This document shows positions 10,410 to 22,029 of a stretch of 58,428 nt of DNA, piece after piece. Position 1 is the first letter of the stretch. Each line of letters starts with the position of its first letter. Made by a program: the position numbers and the translations under genes. Source of the stretch: Asterionella formosa (taxonomy: Eukaryota); NCBI GenBank assembly GCA_002256025.1, contig NKIB01013397.1:1-58428 (forward strand), in the 5' to 3' direction. The notes below the pieces were generated by a model. It was given only the letters and a program-made list of their open reading frames with translations, was not told where the DNA came from and searched no databases.

Positions 10410-12233
10410 ATGATGGATGATGACACTGCTCCTCAAGAGGACGTGGACAATACAACTACCATGACGGAGGAAGGTTCCACAATCATGACTACAGGTAGTC
10501 CACCGCGAACAGATTCCAAGCACAATCACAACAAAATCGGAACCACGTCGAAGCGCCAACGAAACCAAACGATTCCGACTTTGTTACATGCCAATACCGA
10601 TGCTGCAGCACGACACGATAAGAAGAATATTCCACAACTATATCTTCGACATGCAGCAGCAACAACAGCAGCAGCCACATCGTCGGATTCTTCATCCAAA
10701 CAGCTCATTTCCAAACTCAAGATTCTCTACAAGTACAAAGTACTTCCTATAGAAACGAAGAACCATTTGTATCACTTTTGTTTACCAACCTCGGGACCTA
10801 TTCTAGATGCAGAATTGGATGCCAGGCCAATGGTACTACTCCTTGGACCGTACTCGACGGGAAAGACTACATTTATACGGTACTTGCTTGGCGGCGATTT
10901 TCCCGGGGTTCATATCGGACCAGAACCCACCACGGATAAATTTATGGCGCTCGTACATGGTAATGATGACGAAGAAGGGGATGACGAAGACGACGAGGAC
11001 AAGGATTACTTTCGAAGCACTACAAACTGCGTCAAAGAACTGGAAGGAAAGATTGTTAAAGGTAACACATTGACTGTAACTCCGGAATTACCCTTTAGCT
11101 CTCTCGCGACATTCGGGTCTGCCTTTCTCAACCACTTTCATGGATCCATATGTCCATCCCCTCTGCTTCGCACAATGACACTCATTGATACACCTGGAAT
11201 ATTGTCAGGAGAAAAACAGCGTGTTTCACGAGACTATGACTTCGCCGCTGCGGCCAAGTGGTTTGCCGACCGGAGTGATTTGATTCTTTTGCTAGTCGAT
11301 GCCCACAAGTTGGATTTTAGTGATGAACTGAAAGAAGTCATTGCAACGATTCGGCCGCACAATGATGATAAGATTAGATGCATTCTCAACAAGGCTGATG
11401 GAGTCAGCAAAGATCAGCTTGTACGAGTGTATGGAAGTCTCATGTGGTCCCTTGGAAGATTATTCCACTCTCCTGAAGTGGTTCGGGTGTTTACAGGGAG
11501 TTTCTGGGAACGTCCATTAGAGCATCAAGACTTTCAAACTATGTTTGAGGCAGATGAATGGTTTTTAATGAATGAGTTGATGAACCTCCCTTCTGTATCC
11601 GCGGAGCGCAAGGTGAATGCCATGGTACAACGAATTCGAATAATCAAGGTTCACGTCTGTATCCTTGGATATCTGCGCTCACAAATGCCTCGCTGGTACG
11701 GCAAAAAAAAGGCTCGTGGACGTCTCTTGGAAGCCTTGGACGGCGTATTTACTCATGTCCAACACCACTATTCCTTGCCGGTTGGTGATTTTCCAAACGT
11801 TGATCGCTTCCGAGAATGTTTAGAGAATTTTGACGACTTTACTGTCTTTCCAAACATTGATCACAATGCATTGCGACAATTAGATGACTTGATTGGAAAA
11901 GATATTCCTGCTATAATGAAGGGATCTGGTGGAGTTAGTGATTCTAAATCGACACTGACCCGAAGTAGACGTCGAATATTCACGGGAGCAAAGTCAACTG
12001 TGAAGGACCACGATTTTTCACCAACAGTACACGAAGGGACAACTCCAATGAAATCAATGGACGACGCTCCATCACATTCTAATGCTTTAGCATCAATGGG
12101 GGGAGGAAATTTTTTCTTTCGAATGTTTCGTGGTCTTTTCATTGCGACAGTCACAGCTACAATTGTCTCCTTTGGTTTGATGCATATTCTCCTTGCATCA
12201 AGGTCACAAAGTCGTGCCATGGCCGAACTCTAG
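10410..12233 (+). CDS. EHD-family dynamin-like ATPase with no recognisable EH domain and a C-terminal hydrophobic segment
   Basis: EHD N-terminal LKILYKYKVLPIE, P-loop GPYSTGKT, IGPEPTTDKF, DTPGILSGEKQR, LNKAD, and LVRVYGSLMWSLG. Confidence 0.88.
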   Translation: MMDDDTAPQEDVDNTTTMTEEGSTIMTTGSPPRTDSKHNHNKIGTTSKRQRNQTIPTLLHANTDAAARHDKKNIPQLYLRHAAATTAAATSSDSSSKQLISKLKILYKYKVLPIETKNHLYHFCLPTSGPILDAELDARPMVLLLGPYSTGKTTFIRYLLGGDFPGVHIGPEPTTDKFMALVHGNDDEEGDDEDDEDKDYFRSTTNCVKELEGKIVKGNTLTVTPELPFSSLATFGSAFLNHFHGSICPSPLLRTMTLIDTPGILSGEKQRVSRDYDFAAAAKWFADRSDLILLLVDAHKLDFSDELKEVIATIRPHNDDKIRCILNKADGVSKDQLVRVYGSLMWSLGRLFHSPEVVRVFTGSFWERPLEHQDFQTMFEADEWFLMNELMNLPSVSAERKVNAMVQRIRIIKVHVCILGYLRSQMPRWYGKKKARGRLLEALDGVFTHVQHHYSLPVGDFPNVDRFRECLENFDDFTVFPNIDHNALRQLDDLIGKDIPAIMKGSGGVSDSKSTLTRSRRRIFTGAKSTVKDHDFSPTVHEGTTPMKSMDDAPSHSNALASMGGGNFFFRMFRGLFIATVTATIVSFGLMHILLASRSQSRAMAEL

Positions 12234-12874
12234 ATATATCCAAGGGAAGGTGTGGCAACTTGTGTGTTTTTCTCTTGCTATAGTGATGATAGAGCAAGAA
12301 GAAAAAGCATAGAAAATAAATAAACAATAAGCATATTTGGGTTTTCTGTTGCATGGTTTTCCCCGACACCCTCGAAGAACAAGGACAGGAGATGGAATTT
12401 GGTTCATCTTTTGTAATATATTTTGTCAAACTCATAATGTCTCGCTTTTGATTCGCCCCATCTGAGGAGATCTTTTATGCTTCCAGAATTTTTGGTAGCC
12501 AATCTTGTCATGCATCAATTGACCTCGGGGCTGGTGTTATTTCTTGCAAACGGATGGTGTTGTGTCCACAGTTTGATGTGAAGCATGAACAATTTGTATG
12601 GTTTTGATTGAAGTTATGGAACTCATCGCCATGAGTGTCAATAAAGACGAATGATAATTATTTGAAATTCAATCTGTTCTGTTTAGTGTCGTAGGTTGTG
12701 CCACTCTTTGATGAATTTTCTCGCACTGACTTCAGTGACTCCAGTTGATGAGACGATAATTGAATACACGAGACAGAATAATCACTAATTCAGTTTTAAA
12801 AGATATTTGTGATCACTTATGAGGAGAGATGATTTCGTTGGCATAAAGAGAAATCCGGCTTGTTCTTAGATTCA

Positions 12875-15800
12875 CTACGTAAATCTTGAGGCGCAAGATA
12901 CTTGAGCAGTTTCCTGTTCCTCGAATTTGCGCGCCTCTATGAGTTCCGATTTATTCTTCAAGTATTGACCTCTTGCCTGCACGACAAAAGACCCAAGAAG
13001 GAGTGAAAAGGAACCAACAAGTATCAAAACTGTAGTTGCTGCCGACGCTTGAATGCGAAAACATTTTGTATTAGTCTGCTCAACTAAACCAATATAGGAA
13101 AGGGCATCAAAAAGTGAACCCAGTATATTGCAATAATTGTGAATCACATAGGCGGTCAAGGCGCCAAGTTGCCAAATGGCAATCACAAAAGAAGTAATGT
13201 ACACTTCCATGAATTTCCAAGCTCGAAGTCGATGGAAATTATCACAAGTTGATTCCAACGACTCCATCGAGCCATCGTCATGTCGATTTTTTGCAGATTT
13301 ACGTAGCCTCAGCCATTCACGGATCTTCCAGTATGCTTGCGTGGCAGGAAATGCCGCTGAAACGAAAATTGCAATGAAGAGACATATGCCAAGACCAACA
13401 TAGTCCCATTTGCTGTTCAAGACAAATCTCGCATTGAGGAGGATAAGTATGATCAACTGAAAGACATTATATTCGCTGACAGCTTCTTCATATGTTCTCC
13501 CTGAATCGAGGGCCAGATTAAGGAGGCTGTTGACTTCTAGTGAGATGGCAGGAGCTAAAATGATCCCGATAATGAGCAAGATCAATGCTGCAATTCCAGC
13601 CAAGATCACTCCAATTGTGCCTGCAACAAACCGCCGTCGTTTGAGAACAACTCGAAAGCTTTTTCGGGACGAGGCCCCAATTGAAGTTATGCTATCGTTT
13701 GGATGTTGGTCCCCATAATAAACCTCTACTTGCCTCGGAATGCTTATCTCATCATGAAACGATTCTTTAATCCAACTGACAGCCTTGTCCAAATCTTCAG
13801 GGTTGAATGTGATGACTTCTTCGGCTCGCTCGATTTTACTAGTTTCGTCAATTGCATCGTCGCCAGTCTTTTCTTCTTCGTAGACTTCAGAATCGCTGAG
13901 AGTCAAAGTAGTAGGGAATGGCAAATCGTTTGCATTGTCGTATGGAATGGGATATATGTTTGCAACATCCTTGAGTTTCCTTAGATTGTACTCTTTCAAT
14001 CCCATTGACACAATTTTTTTGTGGTAGTCAAGAAAGAAACGTGAGCTTACTCGATTAAGGCGCTGGGCGATCAGGATGCTGTAGAACGCCGCGAACGGCA
14101 CACATATAATCTTTACATTGTACAGATCAGCGTTGGTTTGAAGCTGGTCACTAGGCCCACCGATGTATATAAGCACTGCAGAAACAGCTACCGACATCAT
14201 GAATATATCAACAATACTAAGTTTCGTCAGCACATCCATCCAGAGAAAGATAGTCCCTCGGCGCGATACGGATATCCGCTTGGGCGGAAGAAACCATAGA
14301 ACCAATGCTAAAGTGAGTTTGATGTACGGCCAGAGGCCAGTGAAGATGATCACAAGTACTGCCATTTCTCTCCCGCCATTGTTGAATGCCTTAATCATAT
14401 TATCAAAAAATGAAAATTCCAGAAAACGTTCAATATAGACTCTGTCAAAGGAGGAAATAGTGTGTGAGCATGGCTGCCTTTCCGTCTACACTGCTTATTA
14501 GACAAATTGGCTAACTCTGTACTCACGCTTCTCCGGCAATTTGCCCTTGAACACTAACATATGCTAGCAACCCTAGGTGTCCACCAAGATAAAGGCCACA
14601 GTTGAACAAGATGACAACGGGAACCATCAATCGAATCGTGCGCGGAATGCATTGACACTCAAACATTGCAACAGTGTGCTCGTTGAGATACGCTGCTTCT
14701 CGTTGCTCCGCCTGCTCTCTTTTACGTATCATGGCGGTGTCGTCTTTCGACAATGATTCGGTCCACTTGCGTTCCCGCTCCTTGAGAATCCTTCGAATGA
14801 GAATTGCTGCAATGAAGATCAATGCCGCAATAACCAAATTCGCTATAGAGAATGGGGACAACTTTGACGAGCGATCGAGCGGAACAAATCCAAGATATGT
14901 CGCCGGGCTGAACAACCATTTCCCAATTTGAGCATTAGGATCATACATCTCATTATGCGGGCATTGTGTAGCAGCATCGTCGAGAACTCGACGGACAGCG
15001 TCCTTAAGGAAATCGCTGCCAATTAATAGCTTGACTGTATTCAATGTATTGTTTACGAAGGAGCTCGCGTCGCCTTCGCTGTCTCCAGGCGAGTATAATT
15101 CGTCGATGAGAGTATCGAACCTTGGACTTGAACAAGAAACACACGAAATGTTTAGATGAACCAATCGAGCTGTGACGCCGTACTGAAGTAAGTCATCACC
15201 GGACACGAGACTCATTGCGTCAGTTGAAAGCGACGATAGCCAACAATGGACATTCATTGCATCTTTGAGAGGAAAGGAATAAAATTGCCGCTGCGAAAGT
15301 GCAAGATAAATGCTGAAAAAAACAACAGCTGAATTGATTTCCAATGCAATATTTACTTCATTTTCGATTTCTACCCCCTCTGTAAAGCAGTTGGGAAATA
15401 TGAGAAAAGTGCAAAACAACGCACTGTAAAACACTAGTTGAGCTGTGAAATAACACTTACTGCCATCAGAAATTGCAACCAGCAATTTCGCGGTCATCCG
15501 GATTGGTCGTGATCCAACACCAAGCGCCACTGTATTGTTAAGAGTACTTGCCTCTTCCGATAATGGCTGAAGTAGCATCATGGGTTCGCCGATACTGTCA
15601 AGATTTTCGAAGCGAGCGTCGCTTATCCTGAACTTCAGTTTGCCATTGAATCCACCGACAATGACACTTACGTTGGTATTGATAACCATGCCATCATATG
15701 ACAGAGTGCCGCTTGCGTTTGATTGTTCCACTGTCCATGGTCGAATGATCATGCCATTGATAGTAGATTGATTCGTTGCATCGACCGCAGATAATTTTTC

Positions 15801-18800
15801 TTGTATCGCACTGAATAGCATTCGGAAGGTGTTCCCATACGGAGAGTCTCCGCTTCCACCGAATCGCTTCGCTAGTGCCTCGGAAAGAAAAAGGTCTCGA
15901 AAATCTATCGTGTCGGCTGTAACTGGTGCGGACACACAATACTCACCCGCTCGTTCCCGGTAGTGCATGAGGAAAGCATTGAAAACTTCCCTGATTGTTA
16001 TGTCACAAATCTTTGGAATTGCATTCGCCAAATCTGTTCGAAATGAATCGAAAAGAATTCTTCCAGATGATGCAACCTTTTCTGCTAGGTGTTTCGGCAG
16101 GAACCCTTCAATTTTCGGATCTCCAATGGCGCCCACAGAAACTAACAATTGAGAAATGGAGAAGTCATGCAATTTGGACAAGAAACAAGATAGAAGCTGA
16201 TCAATGCTCAACAGCGATTGCAGCTCGATTTCTCCCAGCTGAACCAAATCTACAGCAACAAGAGTAGACATATTTACAGCAATGTTAGCCATTCCAATGG
16301 AGATGGACGCTTTATCGAAACGCGCCCTGTGGCTTGACTTGATTTTCAAGGTGATATTAAAGTCAAGTCGGTCGAATTCGATTTCATGTCGGAATGTTTG
16401 GGCACCAATGGTCTTCAGCAAATCTATTTTCGAAATAGTGTCCAGTCCACTGACGCTGATGGAGGCGATAGAAAATGAAGTGCCAGCTACATCAAAGCCA
16501 GTATTGTCAAGCTCCATCACCAGTAGGCCGTCCAAGTTAAGGACGCTGTCCCTTAGTAACTTATTAGCTCGAAGAGTTAGCTCACCATCAACCGTCTCGT
16601 TGAGATTAATTCTGGCTTCTTCCAAAGCTTGTTCGGCCCAGCTACCAATGGTTTCATTGAGATTGAACCAGTCTAGAATGCGCATAGTATCCGACATTTG
16701 AAGTGATGCCTGTCCGGACAGAGGATTTGTTGGTACGGCCTGTCGCAACAAGTGGCTTTGTGCCGTCGAAATTAAAGCTATTTCCGCAGCGAAAAGACTT
16801 AGTGCTAAGCCTGATGCAATAGACTCCCTCGAGAGAGTCGGAAATTCTGGCACTGTAAAATTAGAGATTGCGCTTTTGTCGTAGTCTGGACTATGTGGGC
16901 ATAACGTTTTGGATTCCCGAATCAAAAGAGGAATTTTTAGCTCTTCCCAATAACGCTGTGCCACTTCCTCAATGAGCTGTTCCAGGGAATCTTCGAATAT
17001 TTTCATAATTCCAGCTTCTTCGACAGCGTTGATAATACCGGGTAAAGCGCTCCCTCCTGGACTTGTACAGGAAACACAAGTTGCGTTTACCTTCAAATTG
17101 GTAAAGGAAATATTCAAGCCAGATAACGCTAAGGCAATGCCATATTCCGGGTTTACGAGGTTGCCTCCTTCGTCGAAAGCAGGGACCGGGAAAGTGGCCA
17201 ACCAACAGTGAATATCTCGCAGGTCTTGCAATGGAAATTGTAGTAGGTTCTTTGTAAGAATCGATGCATTGAAATTTGCATCAACGCTTGCCGACGTGAA
17301 GGAAAGTGAGATTTCAACGTCGTTCGTCATACTTAGCGGTGAATTGTCGCCAAAGACATGAAACAATACTCGTGTTCCAAGTTGTATCGGGCGAGATTGA
17401 ACTGGTCCAACAGTTAGTTTATTCATAAGGGAAATTGCATCCGTTGGGCTCATAATTACCAGAGGAGATTGGAGAGTGTCAAGGTTTTCCACGGAGGCAT
17501 TGAAAACATTGAATTCAATGGTTTTGACCAAATTTGCAAATTCGCTGGCGACCATCTCTCTCTGGAATTTGAAAATTTCTGTTGAAATAAGCAATTCATT
17601 CGACTTTCCCGATTTTGATTCAGTAAACGATCGAATAATGGAGTTCAACTTGGGTTCACCATTCACATCGTTTGCGATGACCCTTTCCTCAAAAGCGTCA
17701 TAAAGCATGGAAGTGACGTTTCCGTATGGTTGCTTTCCAGTTGTTCCAGCTGCTACAGCACCCACGGGATTCAATAGTAGATCGCGAAGGTCCACGTATT
17801 CCCCCACTTTCGACGAACCCACAGGGCAACCTGACGTATCCTTCAACACATAGTTTCGAATCGCTGTATTGAGATAATCCCGTACGGCAATCTGAACAAA
17901 TGCTGGGAGTGCCGCCAATGCCGTAGCCTCGTACATATCCAAGGCAGCCGTCACAGAACTGCTCACAACACGGTCAATTCCTGGAGACACAAAGCCCTCC
18001 AGTGTCGGTGGGACCAGATTTACGACATCAACGGACAGACTCGCAATGGAAAGGTCAACGATGGAAGACAAAATACATGGAAGTATATTCTCTGTCATCA
18101 TGAGTGATCCAAGATGAATAGACCCCAAAAGCTCTTGGTTTACGGCAAGGAAGAATGTAGCAATGGCTTCAATCTGTTCCAACCCAAACCGAATAATAAC
18201 GTGCTCGACCACGTTCGTATCTCCTGATGGATTCACAATATACGAATCACCCAATGTAGATGGTCGAATGTCAAAGGTAGCGTTCATTTCGAAGGTCAAG
18301 TAGTTCCATGAAATCTTGTTTTGTAATGTTTGGTTGCCTATATCTTCCAGTGGCTGGAACATGGAAATTGAATCCAACCCCAACAACTTCACACTATCCA
18401 ATGCAACACTAGTCTCTGTAAGCCGATCGTGTCTATAGTACAGTAGCCCGTCTGGAGCAAAATCTGTCACATTCAGAAGCAAGGCTTGTTCTTTTAAGAG
18501 CCATTCTCTAAAGAGGACATTAATCCGCATATCATGGGTTCCATCATTGGGTGAAAGGACACTTGTAGACAAATAAGTGACAGTTTCATTCAATCCCCAT
18601 TTAAAGATGCTGTCATCATGCCAATTCAAAAGTGGCTGGTCGATTTCGGGCGATTTATTCCGTTCCATATCTAGTGGTTCAATTACATAATCTGCTGGGT
18701 ATTGTGCCAACGTCGTGGACGCTTTGGTCAAGGCATCCACTAAATCCGTCGTACTGACCCGACTGAGCTTGTCACATAACAGACCTTTAGCTTGATTCTC

Positions 18801-19328
18801 GATGACTCTCGACATGAATGACTCCACAGGAGCAGCACCCAAAATTGCACTGGACACAGACAAGTCATTGATATTGACAGTAGCTGAACAAGTGTCCACT
18901 TGCGATAGTGTCGGTGGCGAGTAGGAATAGTCTTGCGATGTGAAACTGGTAATCGTTTGGATGGTATTGTCATTTGATGTGATTTGGAACGTCCCGCTTC
19001 CTCGAAAGAGCCAAGTTCTGTATGAGTACGAACCATCGCATGTCATGCTCACTTGTAGGATATCCAATTGCACTTGTACAATCGTCGAGGAAATGACTTG
19101 ATCTACCAAAACAATGTCTCCAATCACAAAGTCCCTACATTGAATATTGGTCAATGTCATGTCAAGAATGAGTCCATCTCTTCCGGAAAAATCAGGAAGC
19201 TGAAAGACAGCTCCCTTTACTAAATCATTGAGTGCCGAGAAATCCCCAATGGCCAAATCCCGTTGAAGCGGAATTGCGGCAGCTTGGAACAAAAATAAGA
19301 CTAGGCCGATCCAGAAATGAGCGTGCAT
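12875..19328 (-). CDS. Giant (~2095 aa) membrane protein with signal peptide, BPI/TULIP-like N-terminus, duplicated ~650-aa module and C-terminal PqiA-like multi-TM region; exons 19328-15461, 15379-14527, 14441-12875
   Basis: GT-AG intron 14526-14442 joins the 1601-aa and 507-aa ORFs in frame. An in-frame 81-nt intron at 15460-15380 is likely. PqiA-like motifs are IFTGLWPYIKL, LTKLSIVDIF and WKFMEVYI. Confidence 0.8.
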
Positions 19329-20036
19329 GATGTTTTTATACTGCAGTGGAGTCCGTGGGAGCGCAATTAGTAGTGATTAGTTCTGGATGGGATAGGAAAG
19401 TGAATACGGTAAGCGCAATGGGGATGAGATCAACTCAAAGCAAGAATGGAAAAGGACAAATCAGGATGATGATTGTCCTTTTTTGTCAAATTTGTGTGAG
19501 TATGATAATTGCGGCGCATCTGTTGATATATACCGATAAAATAATTAAAATAATAACGAAGTAAAGAAGATACATGCAATACACTTCGTGACATTCGTGT
19601 ACTTTGTGCTACGGTACCAGGTAGTAAGTACAACTACCAGGTACCTTGTACCTGGTACCGGAATATCATTGTCACGCCGGTACATATTTAGAGCTAAAAC
19701 ACACCCTGGACTTATAGTATGTACTTGGTATATACTGGACGGCAATGACAATGAGCCATCAATCCCGGGAATTCATAAGGAGTAACCTGATAGATCAGTT
19801 CAAACCCACAAAAGCATTGATACATATTTATAAAGGAATACTATAAATGACGGTGTAATTTTGGGTTGCCAAGACTCAAGCCATCATCGATGCAAATCAC
19901 GATTGCCAGGCAGAAACATCGGATCGTGCCAACGAGCATTATAGCATCATCCATTTGGACATGAATTACCAGGTACCAGTATGCCGGTAATATAATACAG
20001 TTACCTGTACCAGTAGTCCAAAGGTACCTCCTGGTA

Positions 20037-20580
20037 CTCCCTCTGGTTGAAAATAATTGCGTCAAATCGCCAGCACCACTGACATTAACCTTCAAACAGA
20101 CTTCAAAGAAGGGAATGACTTAATTGGTTAGCACACCTCATGAGGTGGCGGGTTCTATTCCTTCATTCTCCATCTGTCTTTCTTTTATGTGGACCCTAGG
20201 ATTCCAGGGGGTGAGGCTGATGGAGAGACAGATCCCCTTGTACTGGTGTACAGAAATATAACACTGGTACTAAATGTGTCTATTCAAGTGGTCACAAGTG
20301 TGATTATTGGAAAGCTTTAATGAACTATAAAAATTTAATTTTAACTCAAACAGAATTCAAACATAACAGCTGGGTTGAATAATGTAGTTCTGACACAAGC
20401 AATAGGTCTGAAATTGAATCCAATTTTGTGATTGTTTGAGCTGTCAAATGAATCCACTAACTCATTGATACCAGGTAACCAGGTACCATGTTAGACGCTT
20501 CCCCCCCCCCCCCCAATCACTGACACTGTTCTGATGCAAAAAGGGCAAAATACAGTATTATCATACATCATAACAGGGAG
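20037..20580. mobile_element. Degenerate Stowaway-like (Tc1/mariner) MITE carrying a SINE insertion; a related left end follows at 20588
   Basis: Left end TA|CTCCCTCTGGTTGAAAATAATTGCGTCAA, degenerate right end ACAGGGAG, and a similar left end TA|CTCCATCTTGTTGAAAATAATTGCGTCAA at 20588. Confidence 0.5.
20108..20345 (+). mobile_element. tRNA-headed SINE-like element, family A, copy 2, with a 16-bp TSD
   Basis: Head homologous to 9685. Flanked by TCAAACAGACTTCAAA (20092-20107) and TCAAACAGAATTCAAA (20346-20361). AT-rich tail. Confidence 0.72.
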
Positions 20581-20705
20581 CAAGCTACTCCATCTTGTTG
20601 AAAATAATTGCGTCAATTCTTAAAATTTCTCTGGGGCAACTTTGATTCCTTCAATCTTCTCTGACTCAATTGACCTAATGAGAAATTAATTAAAAATGGC
20701 AACTA

Positions 20706-21870
20706 CTCCCTCTGTTCTGGTGAAGTTGCAACACGCTCAGCAACTAGCCCAGCTTGATTGATGTCCTTCAAAGACTCCCTCGTCGTACAAGCAATATGCA
20801 ATTTCGACACAAGACAATGCAGTTTACAGGTACATTTGTATATTTAGGCAGTATGATGCTAAATAGCGATACATGTGCATCCTTTAGGGCTATTGATTTT
20901 CGATGGCCAGAGTACTGATCTGTATCCAAATACTACCAAAGAATACAGCTAAATAAACTAACGAGCATGCGTTTCTGGACAAAATTATTTCGATCTCCAG
21001 ACGTTGTTGCGTAATATAGTAAATGTTTTGTGCACGCCCAGATTTACGATGAGCTGGTCATGCATGTTGACGGTCTTATCAGCCTACCTTTTGAGGTTGG
21101 AAAACGAGCAATCGGCAATGCATTGCCTCTGTTCTGGTGTTAACTTCTTCTGCTCATGTCTATTGATTAATGAATGGTCAACGAAAAGGGGGGGAGGGTC
21201 CAGATCAAACATTCCAATCAGGGCGCAAAATTTACAAAAAACGCGCCAAAAAAGCTTTTCGAACATATTTTAAAACACCATTATGAGGGAATGGCTTAGT
21301 GGTCTAGCACTTTGCCTTTGATCTGAGGTTGTGAGGTTCGATTCCTGCAACTTTTTTGAGAATCAATTGTTGGGCTCAGCTCCCACACTCCTTATTGTCC
21401 TGCATGATGGTCTTGCCTGGTGTGCCAGAAATAGTGGGTTGCCCCCGACAAGCAGATTGTGCCGCCATCCTAGGCGGTCGGAGTTTCCCCTAGCTAACAC
21501 TGCGACTAAGACAATCACCTTTCGCGAAAGTTGGTTGGGGACTCACCTATGCTATCAAAGCTAGGGAAGCACAGGTCTTGTCGGAAAGTAGCATAATGTC
21601 GGAATTGCCAAGAAATAGGGGAGTACAATTTGGCTATGAAACATACTTACTTTTTACATACACCATTATGTGCGAAATAATTTTTAAATGGGAGGGGCTA
21701 CTACAACACTCACCATCCACCGCCCCAATCTGGCTGGGCCATGGAGCGCAATGAATACAATCCTGTAGCTAGGCTAGTACTAATGAGCTATAAAAATTAT
21801 TGAAATATAGACGGAGAATTGTGCTTCATGTGAGCAAGTGACCTAAAGTACTTAACCAGAACAGAGGGAG
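20706..21870. mobile_element. Stowaway-like MITE with 21-bp TIRs and a nested SINE
   Basis: CTCCCTCTGTTCTGGTGAAGT (20706-20726) versus ACTTAACCAGAACAGAGGGAG (21850-21870), 1 mismatch. TA on the left, CA on the right. Confidence 0.8.
21286..21659 (+). mobile_element. tRNA-headed SINE, family B, with an 11-bp TSD
   Basis: A-box TGGCTTAGTGG, B-box GGTTCGATTCC, structured body and degenerate (TAC/ACAT) tail. Perfect ACACCATTATG at 21275-21285 and 21660-21670. Confidence 0.82.
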
Positions 21871-22029
21871 CACATTTCAAAAAGCTTTTTAGCTTTTTCG
21901 AGTTTTTCGATTTACCCTTTTGCCTATCTCTAGCAAAATGCAGATGCTCGACCCCCAATTTTTCGCCACAACAACTAAATGTTAACAAGCGTACGAGAAA
22001 AGATTACTTTGTCAGTTAAAGAGCGTCAA

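Noticed and set aside
21286..21355. Possible tRNA-Gln(TTG)
   Set aside because: Stems pair poorly and it is the head of a TSD-flanked element.
21570..21595. SRP (7SL) helix-8-like CAGGTC..GGAAA..AGCA
   Set aside because: Spacing and pairing do not fit helix 8.
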